Shown here: piece after piece, positions 30,739 through 39,092 of the stretch
Layout of the letters: each line of letters starts with the position of its first letter
Numbering within the stretch: position 1 is the stretch's first letter
Assembly (NCBI GenBank): GCA_038231435.1
Contig: JBBRLJ010000011.1
Span: forward strand, 55,721 to 119,720
Direction: 5' to 3'
DNA from: Planctomycetota bacterium
GTDB lineage: Bacteria > Planctomycetota > UBA11346
DNA: 64,000 nucleotides
Position numbers and translations under genes: made by a program
The notes under the pieces: model-generated
Database searches by the model: none
Seen by the model: only the letters and a program-made list of their open reading frames with translations
Told to the model about the DNA's origin: nothing

Positions 30739-32607
30739 TCACGTTGATGCCTTCTTGAGTCGTGCGTTCAGTCGTGCGTTCAGTCGTGATGACTTCTTCG
30801 GCGCGCTGGCATCCGGCGAGACGCCGACCAGCTCGTACGCGGCGGGCCTGGCCTGCGCCGCGCGCAGGAGCGCGGGATCGAACTTCGTGCGGCGGTCGAA
30901 ATGGAAGAGGCCGTTCTCCTCCTGGAAGACGTCGGTGAGCTGCGTGTAGCAGTAGCCAAATACCTCGGGCGCGTCGAGCAGCGCGCCGCACAGCGTCTCG
31001 AAGCGTTCGATGAACTCGGCGACCGACTTCGGCCGCTCACCGTACCCCCACGACGCATCCCCAGCCTTGGCCTCTGGATTCCACCATGCGCCGCCGAACT
31101 CGCTGATGAAGAACGGCTGTCCGCGGTACGGGATGTTCAGGTCCGGCCAGACGTTTGGCTTTCCCTCCGCGAGCCCGGCGATGTTCTCGCGCAGCTTCGC
31201 GGGATCCTGGTCGTAATAGTGCATGTCGTAGACATCGCTGTCCGGGACGCGGTGCGAGAAGCCCGAGATGTCGAGCACGGGCCGCGAACGGTCTGCCGAC
31301 TTGGTGGCGAGATACATCGCCCGCACCAGATCGTCGACCGCGGTGATGCGCTCATCGTTTTTCTGCTTCTGCTCGTTCAGCGGGCACCAGCCGATGATCG
31401 ATGGATGCGAATAGTCGCGCTCGACCGCCTCGAGCCATTGCGCGACGAAGGTGGAACCCGAGCGGTGATGCTCGTTCTGCCAGCCGGGCAGGTGCGCGCC
31501 CCAATCCCCGAACTCCCCCCAGCACAGGTAGCCGAGGCGGTCGGCGTGGTGCAGGAAGCGCTCCTCGAAGACCTTTTGGTGCAGGCGGGCACCGTTGAAA
31601 CCGGCGGATTTCGCCAGCTCGATGTCACGGATCAACGCCGCGTCGCTGGGTGCGGTCATGAGTCCGTCCGGCCACCATCCCTGGTCGAGCACCAGGCGTT
31701 GAAACACGCGTTCGCCGTTGATGACCATGGCCCGGCCCTCGATGCGCACCGAGCGGAGCCCGGCGTAGCTATCGACGCGGTCGACCACCACGCCCTGCGC
31801 GTCGACGAGTTCGATGATCAGGTCGTAGAGGTGCGGATCGGCGGGCGACCACAGGCGGACGCGGCTTTCTGGGATGTCGAGCTCGAGCGCCGGCGCGAAA
31901 TCGCCATCGGCCCTCACCGTGGCGGTGGCGACCACGCCCTTGGAGTCGCGTGCGGTCGCCCGCGCGCGCAGGCCGGTGGCATCGCCGTTGATCGGGAGCT
32001 CGAGCCTGAAGCGGCTGGCGCCGACATCCGGCGTGATGCGCGGCCGGCGCAGATGCGTGCGGTTGACCGCCTCGAGCCAGACCGTCTGCCAGATGCCGGT
32101 GGTGCGGGCATACAGGCAGCCGGAATTGCCGAACGCCTGCGACTGCTTGCCGCGCGCCTGCGGGGGGCGCCAATCGTCGCGGGCCCGCACCACGATCTCG
32201 GCGACTCCGCCGGGCTCGACGACGCCGCGCAGATCGCAGCTGAAGGGCGTGAAGCCGCCGCGGTGGCGCGCGACCTCGATCCCGTTCACCCACACCGTCG
32301 CATCGTGGTCGACGGCCTGGAAGTGCAGCACCACGTCGCGACCCGCCCAGGCGCGCGGCACCTCGACAGAGCGACGGTACCACACCGCCAGCACGCGGTC
32401 GACATGGCCGATGCCGGAGAGCGCGGACTCCGGGCAGAACGGCACGGTGATGCGCTCGGCGAGCGAGCGCTTGTCCATCCCGCGGTCGAGCCCGGTGTCG
32501 CCCGGGTCCATCTCGAACTGCCATTCCCCATTGAGCGAGAGCCAGCGCGAGCGCACGAACTGCGGGCGCGGATGCTCGGGACGTGGGATGCTCGGTGACT
32601 TTGGCAT
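30739..32607 (-). CDS. Glycoside hydrolase family 2 (paralog 2)
   Basis: EHPRPQF, TTGIWQTVW, LDQGWWPDG, RLHQK, WCPLNE, SEFGG, CYTQLTD. Confidence 0.93.
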   Translation of the reverse strand: MPKSPSIPRPEHPRPQFVRSRWLSLNGEWQFEMDPGDTGLDRGMDKRSLAERITVPFCPESALSGIGHVDRVLAVWYRRSVEVPRAWAGRDVVLHFQAVDHDATVWVNGIEVARHRGGFTPFSCDLRGVVEPGGVAEIVVRARDDWRPPQARGKQSQAFGNSGCLYARTTGIWQTVWLEAVNRTHLRRPRITPDVGASRFRLELPINGDATGLRARATARDSKGVVATATVRADGDFAPALELDIPESRVRLWSPADPHLYDLIIELVDAQGVVVDRVDSYAGLRSVRIEGRAMVINGERVFQRLVLDQGWWPDGLMTAPSDAALIRDIELAKSAGFNGARLHQKVFEERFLHHADRLGYLCWGEFGDWGAHLPGWQNEHHRSGSTFVAQWLEAVERDYSHPSIIGWCPLNEQKQKNDERITAVDDLVRAMYLATKSADRSRPVLDISGFSHRVPDSDVYDMHYYDQDPAKLRENIAGLAEGKPNVWPDLNIPYRGQPFFISEFGGAWWNPEAKAGDASWGYGERPKSVAEFIERFETLCGALLDAPEVFGYCYTQLTDVFQEENGLFHFDRRTKFDPALLRAAQARPAAYELVGVSPDASAPKKSSRLNARLNARLKKAST

Positions 32608-32854
32608 TGGCGATCCTTTCGCTCTTCTAGGGTCCGTGTGAGAGATACCCCCGATGAATGATCAAGGGAATCGCTCAAAGATTCCGAAACATTCGTAAGA
32701 CTATCACACGCCCATGCGTGATCATTTCAGGGGATGCGCATGGCGGTTCACCCGCCGTACCCCCTCGCATCCAGCAATCATCTGCCCTCCGAGCCTCCTG
32801 AATGCGCTGCGGTTGCAGTGGACAGCCACCACTGCGCCTCTAATTTCAGCGGCC

Positions 32855-33679
32855 ATGGCGTCCTGGGCGTTCGCGATCCGTGGTGAAGTGCCGCGCTGGG
32901 CCACCATCGTGCTCGGCCTGGTGCCGATAGCCCTGCTGCTGGGGCTGTGGTGGGGCATCACCCACGGCGAACCCGAGGAGCGGCGCGTCAGCCCCACCAT
33001 CCTGCCCAGCCCGGGCGAGGTGTTCAGCTACCTGCCCCAGTTGCTGACCCACAAGGGCGAGAACAACCAGGGCAACTTCCTGTTCCACAACGTGTGGGCG
33101 AGCGGCAAGCGCGTCATCAAGGGCTTCCTGCTGGCCCTGGTCATCGTCATGCCGATCGGCATCGGCATGGGCGCCTTCGCCAGCATCCGTGCCACCTTCG
33201 GCTCGTTGATGACCGCGAGCGGCTATATTCCCATCGCCACCCTGGTGCCATTGACCATGTCGTGGTTCGGCACCGACGAGAAGCAGAAGGTCATCTTCCT
33301 GGCCATGGCCTTCGGCATCTACCTGCTGCCGCTGGTGGTGAAGGCCATCGATGGCGTGCCAGATGTGTTCCTGCGCACCGCCCAGACCCTCGGCGCCACC
33401 CGTGCGCAGATCGTCACCCGCGTGCTGGTACCCATCGCCATGCCCGACCTGTGGCATGCCATGCGCCTGGCCTTCGGTGTCGGCTGGACCTACATCGTGC
33501 TCACCGAGGCGTTGGTGCAGACCGACGGCCTCGGCTACCTGATCGAGATCGCGCGCCGCCGCGGCCCGCGCGAGCAGATCTACCTGGTGATCATGATCAT
33601 CACCATCATCGCATGGTTCGCCGACCAGCTGTGGATGCGGATCGGCCGCTGGCTCTTCCCGTACCGGCAGGCGCGCTGA
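32855..33679 (+). CDS. ABC transporter permease, NitT/TauT/SsuC type
   Basis: ILPSPGEV, P...L.PL...WFG, EAA-like loop 'AQTLGA', GLGYLI. Confidence 0.92.
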   Translation: MASWAFAIRGEVPRWATIVLGLVPIALLLGLWWGITHGEPEERRVSPTILPSPGEVFSYLPQLLTHKGENNQGNFLFHNVWASGKRVIKGFLLALVIVMPIGIGMGAFASIRATFGSLMTASGYIPIATLVPLTMSWFGTDEKQKVIFLAMAFGIYLLPLVVKAIDGVPDVFLRTAQTLGATRAQIVTRVLVPIAMPDLWHAMRLAFGVGWTYIVLTEALVQTDGLGYLIEIARRRGPREQIYLVIMIITIIAWFADQLWMRIGRWLFPYRQAR

Positions 33680-34566
33680 TGGCCGCCGCGATACCACCGC
33701 TTCATCCCACGCAGAGCGCGGCGCCGGCCACGGCCCCGCCGCCGATCGTCGAGTTCCGTAACGTCACCATGCGCTTCGGCGACTTCGTCGCCCTGCACGA
33801 CGTGTCCTTCCGCATCGAGGACGTGCCCGATCGCGGCGAGTTCGTGACCATGCTCGGGCCCTCGGGCTGCGGCAAGAGCACGGTGCTGAACCTCATCACC
33901 GGTTTCCTGCAGCCGAGTTCGGGTGAAGTACTGGTGCATGGCAAGCCGGTGGACGGCCCCACCCGCGACCGCGGCATGATCTTCCAGCAGTACAGCTCGT
34001 TCCCCCACCTCACGGTACTCGACAACGTGCGCTTCGGCTTGGATCTCAACCGCCATGAGCTCAAGCTCGATGGCAAGATGCGCCACGAGCGCGCCATGGA
34101 TCTGATCGGCCAGGTCGGCTTGGCCGGGCACGAGTCAAAGTACCCGCACCAGCTCTCGGGAGGTCAGCAGCAGCGTGTCGCGATCGCGCGATCACTCGCG
34201 CTCGAACCGCGCATCCTGCTGATGGACGAGCCGTTCTCGGCGCTCGATGAACCGACGCGCATCGAGATGCAGGAGCTGGTGGTGGGGCTGTGGAACCGCA
34301 TCAAGCCGACGGTGTTCTGCGTCACCCACAGCATCACCGAAGCGGTGTACCTCGGCGAGCGGGTGTGGATCTTCGCGGCCAATCCCGGGCAGATCGTCTA
34401 CGACATCCGCGATCCGATCCCGCCCTCGCCTGGCATCTCGCCGATGACCGCGCAGGAGCTGCCCGCGTTCAAGCAGGCGGCGAAGGTGGTGGGCGAGGCC
34501 TTCCGGCATGTCGCCGACAACCGCCGTCCGGCTGGCGGGCAGCCTGCCTCCGGGGGCGGGGGCTGA
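33679..34566 (+). CDS. ABC transporter ATP-binding protein, NitT/TauT/SsuB type
   Basis: GPSGCGKST, YPHQLSGGQQQRVAIAR, LMDEPFSALD, VTH; start overlaps the permease stop (TGATG). Confidence 0.95.
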   Translation: MAAAIPPLHPTQSAAPATAPPPIVEFRNVTMRFGDFVALHDVSFRIEDVPDRGEFVTMLGPSGCGKSTVLNLITGFLQPSSGEVLVHGKPVDGPTRDRGMIFQQYSSFPHLTVLDNVRFGLDLNRHELKLDGKMRHERAMDLIGQVGLAGHESKYPHQLSGGQQQRVAIARSLALEPRILLMDEPFSALDEPTRIEMQELVVGLWNRIKPTVFCVTHSITEAVYLGERVWIFAANPGQIVYDIRDPIPPSPGISPMTAQELPAFKQAAKVVGEAFRHVADNRRPAGGQPASGGGG

Positions 34567-35435
34567 TGGCCTCGGCTCCCGGGCTGATGGATTACGTCTC
34601 GGCGGCGTTCAACGCGCGGCCAGTCGGGATGTTCGTGCCGCCGAACTGGGTCGGTGTCGCCGCCTTCGGCATGCTCGGTTTGATCAATCCCGGGCTATGG
34701 GTGGTCGGCGCGGGGCTCGAACTCGGCTACCTGTTCTGGCTGGTCCACGAACCCCGCTTCCGCCACATTGTCGAGGGCAGGGTGGTGGACGCCACCCAGC
34801 AGGAATGGCAATTGAAGATCGCGTCGCAGGTGTCGCGGCTGAGTCAGAAGAACCGCGGCAAGTATCAGAATCTCGAATCGCGCTGCCTCGCGATCATCGA
34901 CCAGCAAGGCCAGGCAAATGCCGGAGCGTCGGGGCTCGACACCCAGGCCGACGGCCTGAGCCGCCTGCTGTGGATCTACCTGAGGCTGCTGCAGACCCGC
35001 GAATCGATCGCGCGCATCGACGATGGCGCGCCCAGCGCCGATGGCGAGCGCGAGCGTCTCGAGGAGCGCGCCCAGGCGCTGGCCAAGCAGCTGAAGGATG
35101 CGTCGTTGGCCGACGATCTGCGCAAGAGCCTCTCCGGCCAGCTCGACATCGTGCAGCAGCGCCTCGCGAAGCGTAAGGAAGCCGCGTCCAAGGGCGCGTT
35201 CGTCGAAGCCGAAATCCAACGCATCGAGGAGCAGGTCGAGCTGATCCGCGAACAGGCGATGCTCGCTTCCGATCCGCAGAGCGTGTCGCAGCGTATCGAC
35301 GAGGTGGCCGCCACCCTGGGCGGCACCAGCGATTGGATCCGCGACCAGCAGCAGGTGTTCGGCCAGGTCGAGGACCTGATCAGCGCGCCGCCGCCGCTGG
35401 TGAGCGCGAAGGTCCGCGAACGGCAGGCGAATTGA
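34566..35435 (+). CDS. Uncharacterised protein: N-terminal TM hairpin plus long coiled-coil region
   Basis: Start overlaps the upstream stop (TGATG); hydrophobic N-terminal hairpin, then heptad-rich E/Q/R/L helices. Confidence 0.85.
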   Translation: MASAPGLMDYVSAAFNARPVGMFVPPNWVGVAAFGMLGLINPGLWVVGAGLELGYLFWLVHEPRFRHIVEGRVVDATQQEWQLKIASQVSRLSQKNRGKYQNLESRCLAIIDQQGQANAGASGLDTQADGLSRLLWIYLRLLQTRESIARIDDGAPSADGERERLEERAQALAKQLKDASLADDLRKSLSGQLDIVQQRLAKRKEAASKGAFVEAEIQRIEEQVELIREQAMLASDPQSVSQRIDEVAATLGGTSDWIRDQQQVFGQVEDLISAPPPLVSAKVRERQAN

Positions 35436-35528
35436 GATATCATTGCGATCCCTCTCCAGTGCCCCTTTCATCAGCACTCTCTTATCAGTGCCTCTTCTCA
35501 CCGTGCCCATAGTGAATGAGCGAGCGAC

Positions 35529-36188
35529 ATGAGCATCATCGATCAGCTGCGCGCCGTCGGTGGCCGCCTCGGCATCCTGCAGATCGAGCAGCCGAAGACC
35601 GCCAAGACGCTGACCAAGGTGGTCACGCGTGTCCTCACCCTGGCCGAGCTCGAGAGCGAGGTCGCAGTCGCCGGTGGCGCGCTGCAGGCGCGCGAGCGCG
35701 CTGAGCTGACCAATGATTTCATGGGTATCTGCACCGCTGCCGGCGTCCTCGAGCCGAAGCACGGCTGGACCATCGAACGCCTCGAACACGAACTTCGCCA
35801 ACCGACCTTCGCCGGGCTCCAGCGCGCCGCCGCCCAGGCCGCCATCCTCGAGAGTCTGCGCGCCGCCGGCGTCCCGGTCGAGGACGTGGTTCGCGACGCG
35901 GTCGCCCGCGACCAGGCCGTCGACGCGTATGCCGCCGGCATCCGCGAGCAGCTCGCGAGACGTGGCCGGGCCCGCGGCGAACGCCGCGCCGCCATTGCCC
36001 AGGAGATCGCCCGCCTCACCGCCGAACGCGATCAGCTCGAGACCGCCCATGCCGCCGAGCGCGAACGCTGGCGCGCCTGGTGGGCCCTCAAGCACGAGAA
36101 CGAGGTCGCCATGGCCTGGGCCCTGAGCCACCTCCTCGATCAGCCGCTGGTGTCGGTCGACTCGACCCCGCCATCGATCGACAGCTGA
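35529..36188 (+). CDS. Uncharacterised helical/coiled-coil protein
   Basis: GC3-biased 219-aa ORF; 'DAVARDQAVDAY' followed by a coiled coil. Confidence 0.8.
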   Translation: MSIIDQLRAVGGRLGILQIEQPKTAKTLTKVVTRVLTLAELESEVAVAGGALQARERAELTNDFMGICTAAGVLEPKHGWTIERLEHELRQPTFAGLQRAAAQAAILESLRAAGVPVEDVVRDAVARDQAVDAYAAGIREQLARRGRARGERRAAIAQEIARLTAERDQLETAHAAERERWRAWWALKHENEVAMAWALSHLLDQPLVSVDSTPPSIDS

Positions 36189-36452
36189 GTGTTCTGGCGC
36201 CGTTCCGACGGGACGGATGGCTGGAGATAGGGTTCGGCGAGCGGACCACCGCCGATGACGACCTGGAGTGTTGCCCAGCCACGCATTCGCCACGCATCCG
36301 CGCCCCGCGCCGAAGGCCTCCACGGGCCCCGGGCGCCAACTAACAGTTTGCACACCCGCCTCGCAGGCGAATAACATCACCTCCCGCGGGAAACCGCGTA
36401 TCGCACGGCGCCTGGCAATTCGCCGGGCGCCGGATCCTTCGAGGAGCGCATC

Positions 36453-38273
36453 ATGGCCGATGACAAATCAGCGGGCCTCACCGGGCTTGGCAAATTCCTC
36501 TCCTTCATCGTCATCATCGGGCTGATCGGCCTCGGCGTCTGGATCTTCCAGCGCCAGGAGGCTGCGCACGCGCAGGGTGCGGCGAATCCAGCCACCGGTA
36601 CGGCTACGACCACCGCGGGCGCGGCCACCGGCGGCGGCACCACTGCGGCTGCCGCGGGCGGAACCGCCGCCGCTGTCGCCGCGGGAACCGCCGGAGCGAC
36701 TCCTGCGGGGGCCGGGCTCGAGGCTCCCGACGCCGGCAGCGTCACCACGGTGAAGGAATACAAGTTCGTGCCCGCGGAGAAGCTGCCGCCGGTGAAGGGC
36801 GTCAGCCAATACAAGTGGAACGAGGCCGACAAGGTCCTGCGCTTCACCTATAACGTCTGGTCGGGCTGGCTGCCGGTGGTGGCAGCCAACCACGGCACCA
36901 AGGCCAACACCGACAGCCTCTTCTTCAAGAAGCACGGCTTCAAGGTCGAGATGGTGCTGATGGACGACCCGGTCGCGGCGCGCGACGCTTACGCCTCGGG
37001 CGACGTGCACACCCTGTGGGGCACCGTCGACATGATGGTGCTGTTCGCCCCCGAGCTGGCCCGCGATTCGCGCACCGCGCCGCGCATCGTCCAGCAGCTC
37101 GACTGGTCCAACGGCGGCGACGGCATCGTCGTGCGCAAGGCGATCCGCACGGTCAAGGACCTCAAGGGCAAGACCGTCGCTCTCGCGCAGAATTCGCCCA
37201 GCGAGTACTACCTCACTTCGCTGCTGCTGTCGGCTGGCATGAAGCCCGCAGACATCAAGACCAAGTACACCGCCACCGCCTTCGAGGCCGCCGCGGCGTT
37301 CGTCAGCGATCCTTCGATCGACGCCACCGTCTCGTGGTCGCCAGACATCTACAACATCGTCGACCGCGTCGCCGACACCAAGATCCTCTCATCCACCGCC
37401 GATGCCAACAAGCTGATCGCCGACGTCTACGCGGTGCGCGCTGATTTCACCCGCGACCATCCGGATGTCGTCCAGGGCCTGGTCGAGGGCATCCTCGAAG
37501 GCATGGACGAGGTGAAGAAGAATCCCGAACAGGCGTGCGCCTGGATGGCCGACGCATTCGGCATGAAGCCCTCCGACGTCATGGCGATGCGCAACGATGC
37601 GCACCCGACCAACGCCGCCGAGAACGCCCAGTTCTTCCTGAATTCGTCGAATCCGACCAACTTCGAACGCACCTGGAAGAGCGCGAGCTACGTCTACCGC
37701 GAGCTCGGTCGCATCAACGCCCCGGCGCTGTTCGATCAGGTGATGGACTTCACCTACATCCAGAAGGCCCAGGCCTCGGGCACCTTCAGCTCGCAGAAGG
37801 ACGAGAGCGTGGCCACCTTCACGCCCTCGACCCCGAAGAAGGTCAGCGCCGAGGCCCCGATCCTCACCCAGACCATCCGCATCAACTTCTATCCGAACTC
37901 GTCGAATCCCTTCGAGCCGGCGCGCGACGACGTGGGCATGGTCCAATCCGGCAAACTCTACGATCCGAACGTCACCTCGACGCTCGAGCAGGTCGGTCGC
38001 CTGGCCGGCCAGTTCGCGCGCGCCACCATCCTGATCCAGGGCTTCACCGACGATAGCATGCGCGGCAAGGTTCCCGAGAAGGAAGTGAAGCTGCTGAGCA
38101 CCGAGCGCGCCGAGGCGATCAAGCGCTCGCTCATCGACAAGTTCAAGTTCGACCCGAACAAGTTCGTCATCGAGGGCAAGGGCTGGGAAACCCCAGCCGA
38201 CGCCTCGGACCCGCACAACAACTCGCTCAACCGGCGCGTCGAGATCAGCGTCTACCCCCCGGAAGAGAAGTAA
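36453..38273 (+). CDS. Membrane-anchored ABC substrate-binding protein (NMT1/SsuA-like) fused to C-terminal OmpA-like domain
   Basis: GAGGAG RBS; N-terminal TM, Ala/Thr/Gly linker, DWSNGGDGIV, DLKGKTVA; C-terminal GFTD, LSTERAEAI, NRRVEI. Confidence 0.9.
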   Translation: MADDKSAGLTGLGKFLSFIVIIGLIGLGVWIFQRQEAAHAQGAANPATGTATTTAGAATGGGTTAAAAGGTAAAVAAGTAGATPAGAGLEAPDAGSVTTVKEYKFVPAEKLPPVKGVSQYKWNEADKVLRFTYNVWSGWLPVVAANHGTKANTDSLFFKKHGFKVEMVLMDDPVAARDAYASGDVHTLWGTVDMMVLFAPELARDSRTAPRIVQQLDWSNGGDGIVVRKAIRTVKDLKGKTVALAQNSPSEYYLTSLLLSAGMKPADIKTKYTATAFEAAAAFVSDPSIDATVSWSPDIYNIVDRVADTKILSSTADANKLIADVYAVRADFTRDHPDVVQGLVEGILEGMDEVKKNPEQACAWMADAFGMKPSDVMAMRNDAHPTNAAENAQFFLNSSNPTNFERTWKSASYVYRELGRINAPALFDQVMDFTYIQKAQASGTFSSQKDESVATFTPSTPKKVSAEAPILTQTIRINFYPNSSNPFEPARDDVGMVQSGKLYDPNVTSTLEQVGRLAGQFARATILIQGFTDDSMRGKVPEKEVKLLSTERAEAIKRSLIDKFKFDPNKFVIEGKGWETPADASDPHNNSLNRRVEISVYPPEEK

Positions 38274-38329
38274 GCCTTCACCGCATTAACAACCGGTACC
38301 GGACCATTCGACCTTCGATCGGAGCCACC

Positions 38330-39091
38330 ATGTTCAGCCGCATCGCCAACCTCTTCCGGGGATTCCTGGGACTCTTCGTCTCGGGTCTCGAGCGCCGCAA
38401 TCCAGAGGCGCTGCTCGAGGTCGAGCAGGAGAACCTGCGCAAGCAGATCGCCCAGTACAACCAGGGCCTGGCCTCGCACGCGGGCATGTGCGAGCGGCTG
38501 ATGTCCCAGGTGAAGAAGCTCGAGATCGAGGAGCGCGATCTGCGCGCCAAGACCGCCGCCAACCTCAAGGTCGGCAATCGCGCCGCCGCGGGCCAGTACG
38601 CCTTGCGCCTGCAGACGGTCACCCGCGAGCTCGACGAGAACCGCGCGCAGCTCGAGCAGGCCGAGACCACCTACAAGGACCTGACCAAGGCCCGCGACAT
38701 CGCCATCTCCACCGCCAAGTCCAAGCTCGAGAGCCTCAAGGGCGCGATCCAGGACATGAAGATGAAGAAGGCCATGGCCGAGATGAACGAGATGGCCTCG
38801 GGCATGATCTCGAACATCGGCGGCGCCGGCGACACGCTCAACCGCCTGCAGACCATGGTCGAGGACGAGCGCACCAAGGCGGCCGGCCGCGCGCGCGTCG
38901 CCAAGGACTCGATCAACATGAACGACGTCAACCTCAAGGAATCCGAGCAGTCGGCGCTCGCCGACCAGGCGCTCGCCGATTTCGCCGCCAAAGAAGGCAT
39001 GGCCTTCGAGGGCGGGCCGGCGGTGGGGACAGCGGCGCCTGCGGCGCAGAAGAGCATGGGTCCGGCCACCGGCGAGAGCGCGTCCACCTGA
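38330..39091 (+). CDS. PspA/IM30 family protein (ESCRT-III superfamily)
   Basis: GGAG RBS; amphipathic N-terminus MFSRIANLFRGFL, 'NPEALLE', long coiled coil, A....A.QYAL. Confidence 0.9.
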   Translation: MFSRIANLFRGFLGLFVSGLERRNPEALLEVEQENLRKQIAQYNQGLASHAGMCERLMSQVKKLEIEERDLRAKTAANLKVGNRAAAGQYALRLQTVTRELDENRAQLEQAETTYKDLTKARDIAISTAKSKLESLKGAIQDMKMKKAMAEMNEMASGMISNIGGAGDTLNRLQTMVEDERTKAAGRARVAKDSINMNDVNLKESEQSALADQALADFAAKEGMAFEGGPAVGTAAPAAQKSMGPATGESAST

Positions 39092-39092
39092 C

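Noticed and set aside
28838..30991. 717-aa version of GH2 paralog 1 overlapping paralog 2 (possible frameshift or fusion)
   Set aside because: Homology to paralog 2 begins at MPSIPRSEYPRPQF (ATG 30688), preceded by a GGAG RBS; the upstream extension is incidental.
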